A DNA stretch of 64,000 nt, from assembly GCF_009914755.1 (NCBI RefSeq), contig NC_060939.1. One strand, written 5' to 3'. This document shows, piece by piece, positions 20,341 through 37,391 of the stretch. How positions within the stretch are numbered: the first letter of the stretch is position 1; each line of letters opens with the position of its first letter. Source of the DNA: the human T2T-CHM13v2.0 reference genome, Homo sapiens. The notes below the pieces were generated by a model. That model made no database searches, was not told the origin of the DNA, and saw only the letters and a program-made list of their open reading frames with translations. Made by a program: the position numbers and the translations under genes.

Positions 20341-20849
20341 ATTTAAAAAATTTTTTAATGAAGAAAGATAATACATATTCCATAAATAATAAGATTCTAA
20401 ATATTCTATACACATATGTTCATGTGTATGTATGAATGAGTATATAGTTTGCATCTGACCTACACACTGTAACAAGAGAAGGCCAGGTGCAGTGGCTCAC
20501 ACCTGTAGTCCCAGCACTTTGGGAAGCCAAGGCAGGTGGTTCACTTGAGCCCAGGAGTTCGAGACCAGCCTGTGCAACCTGGCAAAATCCCGTCTCTATA
20601 AAAATAAAAAAATTAGCCAAGCATGGTGGCACACATCTATTTGGTCCCCATATTCAGAAGGCTGAGGTGGGAGGATCACTTAAGCCAAGGAGGTCAAGGC
20701 TTTGGTGAGCTATGATCATGCCATGGGCACTCCAGCGTGGGTAACAAAGTGAGATCTTGTCTTAAAACAAACAGCAACAACAACAAAAAAGAAGACCCTG
20801 AATGAGAGAGGACAGCAAAGTGGCAAAGTGACTATAAATATAGTAAATA

Positions 20850-21030
20850 TATTGTGTTCATCTAATGTCAGTCCTTACAACAGCTGTGTAAGGTAGATAT
20901 CCTTAATCACCTTTCACAGGTGAGGAAACTGAGGCTCAGGAAGTTTCAGTAACTTTCCTGAGATTTTACAACTAGCACATGGGGGGTGAGAAGGTAGGAT
21001 TCTAACCAGTCTGTTAGACTGCAAAACACA
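20850..21030. mobile_element. MIR
   Basis: MIR core acaggtgaggaaactgaggctcagg..agtaactttcctgag. Confidence 0.75.
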
Positions 21031-21544
21031 CCACCATCATCGGCCACCACATTGTACCTTCACCTGAAAGAAAGAGGAAAAACACACAGATGCCAGAAAA
21101 AAAAAAATTGGGAGAGAAAGTAAGGCAAAAAGCAGAACACTTACTTGGTTTTGAGAGGTTATATCTTAGTTATTCATTTGTCTATAAATTTATTTACTGC
21201 CCTGAAATAACAATTACTATTTGTCCACAACTCTTCAACTCTAATCCTCAAGTTTTCAGAGATTCCCCTCTGCAGACGTTCATGCTACCCACCAGAGTAG
21301 ACATTCATTCTCAGCCTTCCACAGCACCTTCCCCTGTCCATCCAGGGACAGAAAACAGCTGAGGCTCAAACCTGAACCCTCCATCACCCCCACCACCGCC
21401 ACTGCCAACTCTAAAAACCCTCTACTTTAAGTTTACTTCCATATTGTAAAAATGAAAAACAATTCAACATGTATGTTTAATTTTTCTTTCCAAGGTATGT
21501 AAAATACGTGCTCATAAAATAAAACCTGGCCACATCTTAATTCA

Positions 21545-21748
<204 letters not shown>

Positions 21749-22121
21749 TTAAAACTTTAGGAGTTGTTTACATATTCATAGTACTACTGACTTTAAAAAG
21801 AAAAGAAGCAGCAAAACAAAACACAACACTTGGGAATGGAGTGAAGGACACCAAGGGAAAATAGGAAGCCAAGCTTTGTCTTCAGAATAATACTCATTTT
21901 TTCATCAAGGTTTGCTCCCAGAAAAATCATAACTTCCTTGGAAGGATTTGAAGTGTAATGTATCTGTAACAGGGATTAAGACTTCTTCAATAATATAAGA
22001 CTAATCTTCAATTAGCCCAAATATTGAACAGAGACACTCTATTTTATTATCAGCCTTGTAGTAAAAGGAAAAAATGATGTTGAAACATTCTAGTCCTCAA
22101 TATCATGAATCCAGCTCACTA

Positions 22122-23670
<1,549 letters not shown>

Positions 23671-25415
23671 TAGGTTAATATTAAAATGTTTGCTATCCCT
23701 CAATGTAAGTTTGACTTGGTACTAAAGAAATATGGATCAGACAGATTCGTATCAGTCCTTAATGGCAAGAGGACTCAAAGGTAGAATTAAGTTTTTACAA
23801 CAGGGAATGCATTCCATTAATCTCCTATTTTTTTTTGGATTGTTGTGCTGTTTGCACACACACCAATGATGTGATATGGGCGGTAGGAAACAGCATCCTT
23901 GGCAGTGTTGTTCTTCACAGGAATTGCCTTTTAAGCAATTTAAGGCTTACAAAATCAGGTTGGTCAGATTATAACAACAGCATCCTAGCAGCATCAAGAT
24001 AAAACACACACATCAGTTTGTATTTCTTTTCAGCATCCTCTGACAAAACCCACTCAAAAGTGAAATATTCTCCATAACCATTATCCATGCACTGCCCCAT
24101 GACACCTTTGTAGAAAATTTTCAGACTAACAAAGCTGTTAATTATTTCCATCCAAGAGAAAAAGTATTAAAGTACTTATTTCTGGCACCTCAACACACAC
24201 ATACGCGCGCACACGCACACACACACACACACAGGGCTTCTAACAAAAGAAAAAAAAAATCAAAGAGAACTAATCCAGTGCCGTAATAAGTTAGTCAGTA
24301 GCTTCTATCAAATAGAAATTACTATGTGTCACTATGGTCTTTATTGCTCCCTTTGATACTTCAAAGTGCATCAGGAAATAGTGACATCTGAATAGAAAAC
24401 ACCTTTGCAACCACCTAATTTCTAGAAAAAGGCTAGTTAAGTCATGCTATGGTGTGGTTAGGATCAAATGACCTACGTAACCTCTCTAGAGGTCACTTGC
24501 CCAGTGCTGTAAAAAGTAATCACTACTTTTTCTGGAAAAAAAATAAGAAAACCAACAATGACTTAGTACCTACTCTTCCAGAAAACACATGCCGGTGGTA
24601 TCGATTTATGAGCGAGCTATTTTCCATCCTAGCAGCAGTTTAAAACAAAGAGAGTAACACTATTAAGAATGACAAAACCTGGAAACCATATTCTGCAAAT
24701 GATGGATAGCCAGAAAACAAAAAAGCTCTGAATGAATTCATGCAATGAACCATCTTACTAAGAAACAAAGGGGCTATGATCTTAGCTGTCCTCAAAACGG
24801 AGTGTGCACATACCTAGGGGTTCAGAAAGATTTTCCAAGGAGTATATGAGCAGTATGTTTTTCAGGGAATCAACTTCCAGATATTCAAGATCCACGGTCT
24901 TTCCCAAAAGCAGTCTACCCTAGAAGGCACCTGAAGACAGCACAACTGCTTTTCAGCCATTCTCAATCTGGCTGTATTCCCCAAGCCTCAACAATAGGAT
25001 AATTTTAAATATAGATGTTGAGGATGTGTAACTCTAAAGAACATGTAATATGTCCTTTTGCAAATCAGGTAGTTCCAATTATTTGCTTTCAATCAAAGTG
25101 ATGGAGAACCTAATACAGTCATCACTTGACAGATTCTTAAAATACTTTAAAAATAACTTTTTGGCATACAAGTAGAGATATTTAATGAACTGAGTGACAT
25201 TGATATGGCAAAACTCCAACATTCCCATCTACCTATTTATGTGAACAATGTTTCTCAATCCTTACATCTATAAAATCAAAAATTAGGAAAAGAATTGACA
25301 CTGAATCCTATCTCGTGCAGGCAATAAGTAATGTTCATCCACGGATACTCAAACTCACTAGGGAAAATGAGACTCATTCACAATGAAGTTTTACCTTTAT
25401 GTTTAATAACTGCAA

Positions 25416-26665
<1,250 letters not shown>

Positions 26666-28005
26666 TCAATTTATAAAAATTGTGTTTTTATTTAAAAAGT
26701 CAATATATACAATATGTTGGAAATTTTATATTTTGAAATTCTCTGATCCATTGATAAAAATGTTAGATATAAACTTTAAAGTACATTGTACATGGTTTCC
26801 CAAAATTTTTTTAGGCAGAATACAAGCAAAAAAGTTCAGTTGTCTGTGTTGATATTGAAAATATGTAAGTGAAATAGTGGTCAGTGAGAAAAGCAACTTA
26901 AAAACAGAATATGTTAACAAGGATAAGGATGCCAAAATAATTACAGTGTGTGTGCAATGGTTTGCAGCAGGAGGAGAGGTCAATTTCATGGATTACCAAG
27001 AACTAATCTTAAAGCAATCTTCTGTTGGGACACTTAAGCACATTCAGTTTCTAACCAAATTTGCTTCAGGCTTTCTGGAAAAAAAGGAAAATAAAGTCTA
27101 GAGGCTGTCATTTCAGTTTGAGCTTTTAACAGGCTCTCAGTCTCTAGCTGGCTGACATGCGGCTGGTGGCTACTCTGAGCAACAATGAAGGAGCAAGTCC
27201 TTAGACACCTGCCTGTAACTGATCTGACACCATTTCTTCCCTCCAGGTTCACACTAAACTTGAATAGAAAATTAGAGATTTCCTTTTTACCCAGTGAAAT
27301 GAAAATGTCAACGCCATCGGGTATTAATTACTACTCAGGCTTTGTTTACAAAGCAAAAGTTTGATCAGAATTAAATGCCTCCAGATTCTACTTTTTAGTA
27401 CAACTATAAACAGCTGTCTCATCTTTTATTGAATATAAATCATTTTAAAAGGAATATGAAAAGCTGCAATATAAACATGGAGCAAGAAAGCAAAGGTCTG
27501 GTAACACCCACAATAACTGAAGATGGTACCAATGTTACCTTAAAACCTTATAACCATACTAACATATCAGTTAAAAAAATAATCAGGCATGTGAAAGAAT
27601 CACTCAACAGTCCTCCACACACCCCTTTTTCAAATCTCAAAGTCATTCTAGGAGCAGTTTAGAGCAGCAGTCGAAAGAACAGGCTCTGGAGTGAAAATGC
27701 TGGGGTGGAATCCAGGCTCAGCAATTTTCTGGTTGAGTGATATTAAAAAGTTATTTCACCTCTCCTAACTGTGAGTTATTTAACGGTGCCTCAGCTGTCT
27801 CATCTTATATTAAGTACTCGACAAATGTGAATTACTGTTATTACTAGAGGAAGGAAAAAAGAAAAAAAATTCCAAAGACTACCAGCTGGCCTTGTCTTCC
27901 TCTCTGCTAACAGCCCATCACAAAGATAAATACTAAACAATCCTAGTATTGGGGGCAGTGATAGGGGGATTATTTATTCATTTAGTTAGTAAGTTAGTTA
28001 TTTGA

Positions 28006-28305
<300 letters not shown>

Positions 28306-29135
28306 TAAAGTTAATGATTGTATCTAGTACAATAATGCTTCTAGTGAGTATTCCGTGAAGATAATTATGCTCACCCATAATCAGTAAGCTTAGAGCTCAG
28401 ACCATTTACAGAAGGAATGATTTAAGAGCAAGAGACTAAGAGATGTACTCAACTTAGTACTCAACTAAGTTACCTTGGAGTATTACATAGCTATGTAGAA
28501 GTTGGTTAGATTGATTTTGTTTTCCATTTGTATGCAGTTGGTCCAAAATAGAAAGCAAAGGTGTACACAAAATTGGTTTCTGAAGGTGGACAACTGGTCT
28601 TTACATGGCTAGGAGTCTATTATGATTTTTTTTTCCTTTGATCATTTCGGTTACTCTCTCCTTGGGGCACAAATGCACCATGGGATATGAGAACAAGAAG
28701 GCTTCAGGAAAGTCAATCAATCTTGTCTCATGTAATGGTTAAGCACCAAAAATGGTGTCCTAGCAAGACTAAATACAAACAGTACTTCAGAATCTGAGAA
28801 ATGGAAGGAACTTAGAGATGACCAATCCAAACCAAAATTAAGGACCAATCTGCCCAACATCCCTCCCTCCAGCTTTGGCTGAAAACATGATGATGAAGGG
28901 ATAAGACCAACTCGACAAAAGAAAAAGCCTAAAATTTTAACAGAATGTGTTACAATACTATCTTAAATTTTTTAAAGTCTTGTATTATTCTTTCTTTTAA
29001 TGATATACCATCATGACCAGGCGCAGTGGGTCACACCTGTAATCCCAGCACCTTGGGAGGCCGAGGCGGGTGGATCACCTGAGGTCAGGAGTTCGAGACC
29101 AGCCTGACCAACATGGTGAAACCCCATCTCTATTA

Positions 29136-29294
<159 letters not shown>

Positions 29295-29647
29295 TCAAAA
29301 AAAAAAAAAAAAGATATACCATCATTTCACCCAATTTAATTCAACAGAGATTAACAAAACAGAAGCACCTTCACTCACTCAATTCAACTTAAAGACACTT
29401 ATTAGTAAAGTCCTGTGCGCCAGACACCATAGTTAACACCAAATGTACCATTACTACAATTACTCTTAAAGCACGATCCCTGCAGCTAAGGAATATCTAC
29501 TTTGTTCTCAATAAAGTGGTAACTGGTTCACGAAAAAGTAAGAGATAAAATACTGTTGACTCAAGGGCAGCTTGATATAAATCCCAGCTCTGCCACTAGC
29601 TGTGAAAGCTTAGGCAAGTCAGTTAACCTGTAAAAATAAAGATTACT

Positions 29648-29755
29648 CTCTATATATGTATATATAAATAATATATAACATTGTAGTTAATATATAATTA
29701 CATACTATTATATTACATAATTCTACATTACATATATATTATATATATATAATAG
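29648..29755. repeat. AT-rich (TA)n-like low-complexity tract
   Basis: Near-pure A/T dinucleotide runs. Confidence 0.8.
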
Positions 29756-30569
29756 AGTTATAAGAACAAAATGTGATATATAGTGGGCACTAGGTTGGTC
29801 TTAGTTTCTGTCATTTACCTTAGTTTCTGTCAGTTTACACGAGGTAAACTGACCCTAAAAATGTTTTTATATCTCATTCAAGTTTTGCCTATTACCTATC
29901 TTAATCCTAACAAGATTTAAGTTTGTTACATTTAAATTTAAGTTTTATACTTTTTTTTCCAGCTCTGTATTGCTGTATACAACTACTCTCTTTAGGGATA
30001 TCTTATCTGCTATGCCCTCAAGATATTGTAAATACTTCAGTAAGAGCAAATTTTGCCTCATGCAAAAAAGAATTTTTTAAATCAGTGTGCATAAGAATGC
30101 AGAATATAAAGATGGTCTTGTCCTACAGATGTTAAGGTAACAGAACAGCTCATAAAAAGACAGTCCTCTAACTCCTTTAGCTGAGATATGGTTAGCTTTG
30201 CCCCCATATATATCATCCCCTGCTCCAATCTCCAAAAACTTCCTTCTATGAATGTGTCAATAAGACTGATGATATTGCTATTAAAACTCAGAACTTGACT
30301 GCTCATTTATAAATTGAAAATTCAAAACGACAAAGCCCAGTGCTCGCTGATTTCTACACATACAGGCATAATAAAAGAGAACTACGCTATTACAAAGAAC
30401 TATGCATCTGGTCCCGCCCCCAAATACTAGAGTCCAGTCGTAGGGGTCATTCTTTCACTCAACAAACTTTTTATTATGCGCCTACTGTGTACTAGGCATT
30501 GCACAGACAGTTAACAAAACAGACCAAAAAATCCTTTCCCTCCTAATAACAGGAGCGTGCCCGTAAAGG

Positions 30570-31500
30570 CTGCCGAGGGACCACGTCGTGGCCGCGCCTC
30601 CGTCCCATAGTGGTACTCGTACAGACAGCCCAGCCGGCCCACGGGCCGCCGAGACTTGCAGCCCTGACACACGGCCTTGGCCTCTGGGTTCCTAACCCGG
30701 ACCCTGGGGCAGGCTGGGAAGCCCTCCTACCCCCACTGTCTCGCGCCAGCCCGGCCAGGAGGCCACGAGGGCCAAGCGCATACCCAGGCGCGCCCCCGCC
30801 ACCAGGCGCGCCCCCGCCACCATCCGCCCGTCCCGCGCAGGCGCCGGCGCCGGCGCCGCCGCCCGTCTGGCGCGCGCCTGGCACGCTCTCTTGCGGCTCT
30901 TGACTGGCGGCCTCGGCCCCACTTGCCCCAGTTACACGCGGTCCCAGCCCCACCAGCCGTCGCCTCTTACCGGCGCGCTGGCCCCTGCGCCCCAGCCTCC
31001 CGGCTCCCGGCGGCTGCCTCGCGGGGCGCCTCCTCCTCCTCGGCCTCCGCGAGCGCCGCGGAAGCCCCGGCCACGGCCACGGCCCCGGCGTCCGCCTCCG
31101 TCCCCGCCGCCGCCTCTGGCTACCGCCGCTGCGGCTCCGGGCCGCTCGCTGTGGCGATCTCCGCCAGGCCGGCCGCGGCCTGGCCGCCGCCCACGGCCTC
31201 CCCGAGCTCCTCGCTCCGCCTGCATCTGGCCGCCGCTGGCGGTGCTGAGCGCGCGGGAGCCGAGCTGTGGCGGAGACGCCCTGGCCCCACCGGAAGCGGG
31301 CCGCACGGAGGAGCCGCGAGCGAAAGGCGCCCGGTAGCAGCGAGGCGCGGGGTGCGGGGCTAGGGATCGAGGCCGGCCGCAGCGGAGCGGGGCGGGGCGG
31401 GGCGGCCGGCGTCCCGCAGGTGGGGCCGGAACCGGGACCGCGGGAAGGCCGGACCGCTGGGAGCTGGAAGTGGTGGGGGTCTGCAGCGGGGCGGGGGGAT
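30570..31500. promoter_or_regulatory. AVEN: CpG island / AVEN promoter
   Basis: Very GC- and CpG-rich block against an AT-rich background. Overlapping GC boxes ggggcggggcggggcgg near 31389-31405, ETS-type ccggaag at 31290, EGR-type cgcccccgc twice at 30791-30817, no TATA. Confidence 0.92.
30971..31225 (-). CDS. AVEN: AVEN (apoptosis and caspase activation inhibitor) coding exon 1, 85 codons, RGG/RG-rich N-terminus; later exons lie left of the window
   Basis: Translates MQAERGARGGRGRRPGRGRPGGDRHSERPGAAAAVARGGGGDGGGRRGRGRGRGFRG...GAGASAP, the recognisable Aven N-terminus. Phase-0 donor CCG|GTAAGA at 30971/30970. Confidence 0.96.
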
Positions 31501-33253
31501 TCTCAAGGCATCAGAGATAGGTTGGGGGAGAGACCGTGCTAAGTGCAAGGACGAGTCATTAAAATAAAATTTGTATGATGTGAACTCTCGGAAAAAAAAA
31601 AGTTTAAACGTATGTATTTGCATAAGAAAAGGTCTAAACAAATACATACTAAAATGTTAGTGGTTAACTGCTGAGATTTGAAGTGAGTTAATTTTTTTTC
31701 CTCCGTTTAATCTAATTTTCAGCAACGAATGTGTATCATTTTAAAACTATACCGAAGTCAGGGTTCAGGAGGTGTGGATGTAAAGACAAGAGTTTGTGTC
31801 TGGTGAGAGGTGGACTGCAGCACGTGGGAGAGAGAACAGTGCGAAACTGGGAGATGGCTAGAAAGGGCGTCAAAGTCCTCAGCAGAATTTCTGTAGAAAT
31901 GACTACTACAGCTGACATTTATTGAGCACATGAGTATTTCATTCTCATAACAGCTCTATGAGGTAGGGATGACTGTCATCCTTATTCTGCAGTGAGGTAA
32001 CAGCCTTGGAAAGGTTAAAAAAAACTTGACTAAAGTGAACAACTAGGTAGTGGTGGAACTGGCATTCTAAGGCGGTCTCACTCCAGTCCCTTCTTTCAAC
32101 CAAGGAGAAAACAGGAAGGGGAACAGTTGGTTACACAGATGCATGAAAGCAGTTTTTAACTTGGGACTGAAACCACCTGAAAATAATGAAAGCAAGGGCT
32201 AAAATGTCAGCCTAGCAGAATAAGTGTTTTCTTCCCCCTCAGTACTTTCTGGTTCTTTCCTATATCCATACATAGTTAATACTTTTCATTGCTTCTAATT
32301 GCCTACTCTGCATCAGGCACAGTGCTATGTCCTGAAATTAAAAACAAAAACAAAAAAAAAACCTTGCCCCTGCCCTCAAGTAGCTCACTGCCCACAAGGA
32401 AGATAATCTAGTCGTGTGAATAGATGATTACAGTACCGTGTTGCTGAGTGCAGTGAGAGATTCAAGATCAAGGTCCAAAGAAGAAAAGTTAAATTATATT
32501 TAAACGGGTTACCCAAGGCTTCATGAGAAATAGACCCCTGAGCTAAAGCCTAATGGTTGAGTAGGAGTTTGCCTGGTTGGTAAATGGGAGTAGGGGCGCC
32601 TTCCAGACAGGGGGAACTATTGAAGGATTGTCAACTCCAGAGAAACAGTCTTAAAAATAGTAACACTTGTAGAGCACTTATATGCACCAAACACTATTCT
32701 ACATACTTCTCATATCACTTCATTTGGGACTAATAGCTGGCCTACGAGGTAAGCTAGTGTTGTCTCCATTTTACAGATCAGGAATCTAAAACAGATGTTA
32801 AGTAACTTCCAAGATTACACAGTTACAGGCCAGGTGTGTGGTTCGTGCCTGTAATCCCAGCATTTTGGGAGGCTGTGGCGGGTGGATTGCCTGAGACATG
32901 AGTTCAAGATCAGCCTGGGCAACATGGTGAAACCCCATTTCTACAAAACTTAGCTGGGCATGGTGGTATATGCCTATAGTCCCACTACTTGGGAGGCTAA
33001 GATAGAGAATCATTTGAGCCCAGGAGGTTGAGGCTGTAGTGAGCTGTGATTGTACATGGGCAACAGAAGGAGACTGTCTAAAAAAAAAAAAAAGATTTCA
33101 ACATGAATTTTGAGGGAGATGAACATTTAGACCATAGCAGTGGGGAAGGGGCATGGAAGAATATGGTTAAATATCTACCAGCATATCACTGGTCTGGCCT
33201 CTCACCAAGTTGAAGATCCACACATTAATCTCAAACTAGACATTTGCACAAAT

Positions 33254-33464
33254 CGGAGTTTCTCAATGTTGGCAAATTTAGGGCTGGGTAACATTTTGTG
33301 GCGGTAGCTTATCCTGTGCATTGTAGAATATTTAATAGCATCCCTGGCCTCTACCCACTAGATGCCAGAATGAACCCCTCTCCCCCTCATTAAGACAACC
33401 AAAAACATCTCCAGACATTGCCAAATGTTCCCTGAGAGGCAATCACCCTGGATGAGAACCACTA
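33254..33464. mobile_element. MER20 (hAT-Charlie) DNA transposon
   Basis: Termini gtttctcaa...tgagaaccact; internal catccctggcctctacccactagatgcca and caaccaaaaacatctccagacattgccaaatg; 8-bp TSD gcacaaat (33246-33253) / gcacagat (33465-33472). Confidence 0.88.
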
Positions 33465-34571
33465 GCACAGATAGATTGGTGCAAAAGGTACGTTTTAGTA
33501 TCTAAGGAGCTACCGATGTAATTTATCCAAAAATTTATCCAGCCTTAAATTTGCCAACATTGAGAAACCCTGATTTGGGCAAATGTCTGGTATGAGATTA
33601 ATATGTACATCTCCAATGTAGTGAGAGACGAGACCAGTGGGAAATAGGGCTTTAAGGAACTATATAACTATCCCTTGAGAAGCCTCCAAAATTATGAGGT
33701 TGAAAAGATCAGTGGCTTGCAGATTAAGCCAGTGTTATTAGGGCACATTCACTATGCTTGATACTTTCAACTAGTCAGTGTAAGACTCAGTAACACTTTT
33801 GAAAGGTATGCCATTTTAGAGAGAGATTGGTTTGTGGATGATGCCAAGTTTTTTTAACACTTATTTTGCACCTGATACTATTCTAAGCACTTTCCACGTA
33901 CTAACTCATTAAATCTTCAAAATATCCCTATGAAATAAACACTATTATTATTCCTATTTTACAGATAAGAAAACTGAGTTGCAAAAAAGTTAAATAATTT
34001 GCTCAAGCTAGTAAGTAACAGAACTGGGATTTATACCAGTACAGTCTAATTCCAGAATCCATGCCTGTAAGTCTATTCTGCAGATGCCCTCAGAAGTCCG
34101 GGGGTATGTTACTCTCCATCTGTTCATTCAAGGCGTATCTTGTTTTTCTCAATTCAACCAAGAGTGTTTAGGATAGGAAAATTCTGAGGTCCCCCTTCTA
34201 GCACTTCCTAATTAGCGGACACAACTAGCCAAAGTTCTTTCAACAAGGATACGGTATATGCTGTCCTCGTGTGATTCTGGTCCAAAAATGTGTTATTAAG
34301 GTTTAAAAATACCACACAAGTACCTCCTGCATTTTGAGCAACCAGAGACCTTTGGATTGCATAAATAACAAAGGGAAGGAATCTTTTCTGGTATTGCTTT
34401 TGCTTGATAGTCCTGATTTTAAACATATGCCATTGCATGAATAAAAAATTCAGTTTTCCCTTAGGTAGGACTCATGAGAATTCATGAGTATCAAAACCAA
34501 AGTGCTGAATTATATAGGTAGCTCCTTAGAAACGAAACTGTACTTTTTGCATATTTTTAATACATACATGA

Positions 34572-34709
<138 letters not shown>

Positions 34710-34927
34710 TAGCTAGGATTACAGGCATGCACCACCACGCCCGGCTAATTTTTTTGTATTTTTAGTAGAGACGGGGTTTCTCCATGTTGGTCAGGCTGGT
34801 CTCAAACTCCCGACCTCAGGTGATCCATCCGCCTCAGCCTCCCAAAGTGCTGGGATTACAGGCAACAGCCACCGTGCCCGGCAACCTAAGTTATTTTTTA
34901 AATAAAATGGTAGCCAATTCCTTAAGG

Positions 34928-35076
34928 TAGTTGTTCTCAAAATGTAGGCCAGAAAAATAGCATCACCTGGGAACTTGTTAGAAATGCAAATTCAGAATTA
35001 AAACTCTGGGGATGAGGCCCAGTAATCTGTGTCTTAATAAACCTGCCAGTTGATTCTGATGCATCCTCAACTACTG
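34928..35076. mobile_element. MER5A-like DNA transposon
   Basis: gcatcacctgggaacttgttagaaatgcaaatt..gaggcccagtaatctgtg..tgattctgatgca. Confidence 0.75.
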
Positions 35077-35240
35077 TGTCAAGGTAGCATCTGAGCCTTC
35101 AAACATCACAAGAAACCCAGTAATTCCTAGTCTAAGACTATGGATTGGCCAGGCGCGGTGGCTCACGCCTGTAATCCCAGCACTTTGGGAGGCCGAGGTG
35201 GGTGGATCAGGAGGTCAGGAGATTGAGACCATCCTGGCTA

Positions 35241-35589
<349 letters not shown>

Positions 35590-35949
35590 CTATAGTTTAG
35601 CTAGTTTCTCGTGCTTAATATATAAACAATGCAAACTGGAAAACACATAAGTTTCTCAGAAAGATGTCTTTATTTACTATGTTGTTTTGAACAGCTCCAT
35701 CTACTACTGAGGGTGCTCACCAGCTACAGGGGGAGGGACTCTGGCATGAGCTATTCTTTCAGCCTGGAATCCACAGCCTGTACTCTGGTGGAGAAAAGGG
35801 AAAGTGAAGAGCTTACCAGGTCATAAGTCATAAGGGTACTTTGACTTGAAGGGCTGGAGTCATGATTAGAGAACTCCTGAAAATGCATGGAGCAAACTCC
35901 CAAAATACAGAATACATGACAATATCTTCTCCTCTCTCCTTCCACCCTC

Positions 35950-36600
35950 ACTCTCAGCTGCTGACTTTGCTTTCTATTTCATGAAGAAATGAAAGCAACC
36001 AGAAAAGAATTTCCAGTGTTGCCATTACCACAACTCCCAGCCTACTTGTATCTGTACCTATATTGTCTGCCTTCCTTCCTGTTAGTATAGAGGGGTCTCT
36101 GTCCCAGTCCAAGGCCAAGGCCTCTATTACTGCACTAGATCTTATCTGTGATCACCTACTTGGGGACGTCTTTCCAGCAAATGCTCCCACTCTCCCCTGC
36201 ACATCAGTTGGTACCTTCTAATGAATCATTCACATTAGCATACAAGCATGCTGTATTTTCGCCCTTTAAAAAAAATGAAAAAAAAAAAAAACTTCTTGGC
36301 TTTACACCCTAATCCAACTTCTGCATCATTTCTCTACTCCTTTTTATAGCAAAGTTCCTCAGAAGAGTCATCTATAGCACTGTCTCCAATTCTCCTTCTC
36401 CCATTCGCTATTTTATCCACTCCTCAAGCCTTTTGTGCCCACCACTTCACCAAAACAACTTAGCAAGTTTCACTGTGATCTCCATGTAACTAAATCCAAT
36501 GGTCAGGTCACTGGCCTAATCTTACTTGGTTTATCAGTCTCATTTGATACAGTTGATTACTCCTTCCTCCTTGAAACATTTTATTGTTGTTGTTTCCAGA
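35950..36600. mobile_element. L2 fragment
   Basis: L2-like motifs ctaaatccaatggtca, catttgatacagttgattactccttcctccttgaaac. Confidence 0.65.
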
Positions 36601-37064
36601 ACAATACACTACCCTTAGGAATTTAAAGATATATATAATCCTTGCCCTAGGTTTGTGGGGAAGACTTGGGCAACAGTCAAGGGCTTCTGTACCTCCAGAT
36701 TCTCACATAACTTTGTTTATGACAGTACTTCCCAGACTTCTTCATGTCTTGGCACACAGAAAATGGTAATATTTTCCCAGTACTCTGGAATAACAAGACA
36801 ATACTGCTCCCAACAGAAGGGGACCCACCTAGCCAACCCCATAGCCTGTGGCAGGAGTCAACAGTGTATGCGTTAAATGGGTCCAGTTTATGCCTTCATG
36901 TGAAGCAGTTTCACCTATTTTCCTGTCCTATAGCAATACAGTAATTTGGCTGGGCGCGGTGGCTCATGCCTGTAATCCCAGCACTTTGGGAGGCCGAGGC
37001 GGGAGGATCATGAGGTCAGGAGATGGAGACCATCCTAGCTAATAGGGTGAAACCCCGTCTCTTA

Positions 37065-37391
<327 letters not shown>

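Noticed and set aside
31226-31306. 27-codon N-terminal extension of AVEN in the ORF track
   Set aside because: It starts at GTG near the presumed TSS; the recognised protein begins at the ATG at 31225.
30543-31542. Long overlapping ORFs in the CpG island (228 aa, 148 aa, 136 aa and others)
   Set aside because: Stop-codon scarcity in very GC-rich DNA; low-complexity Ala/Pro/Arg products, mostly non-ATG starts. Only the AVEN frame is recognisable.
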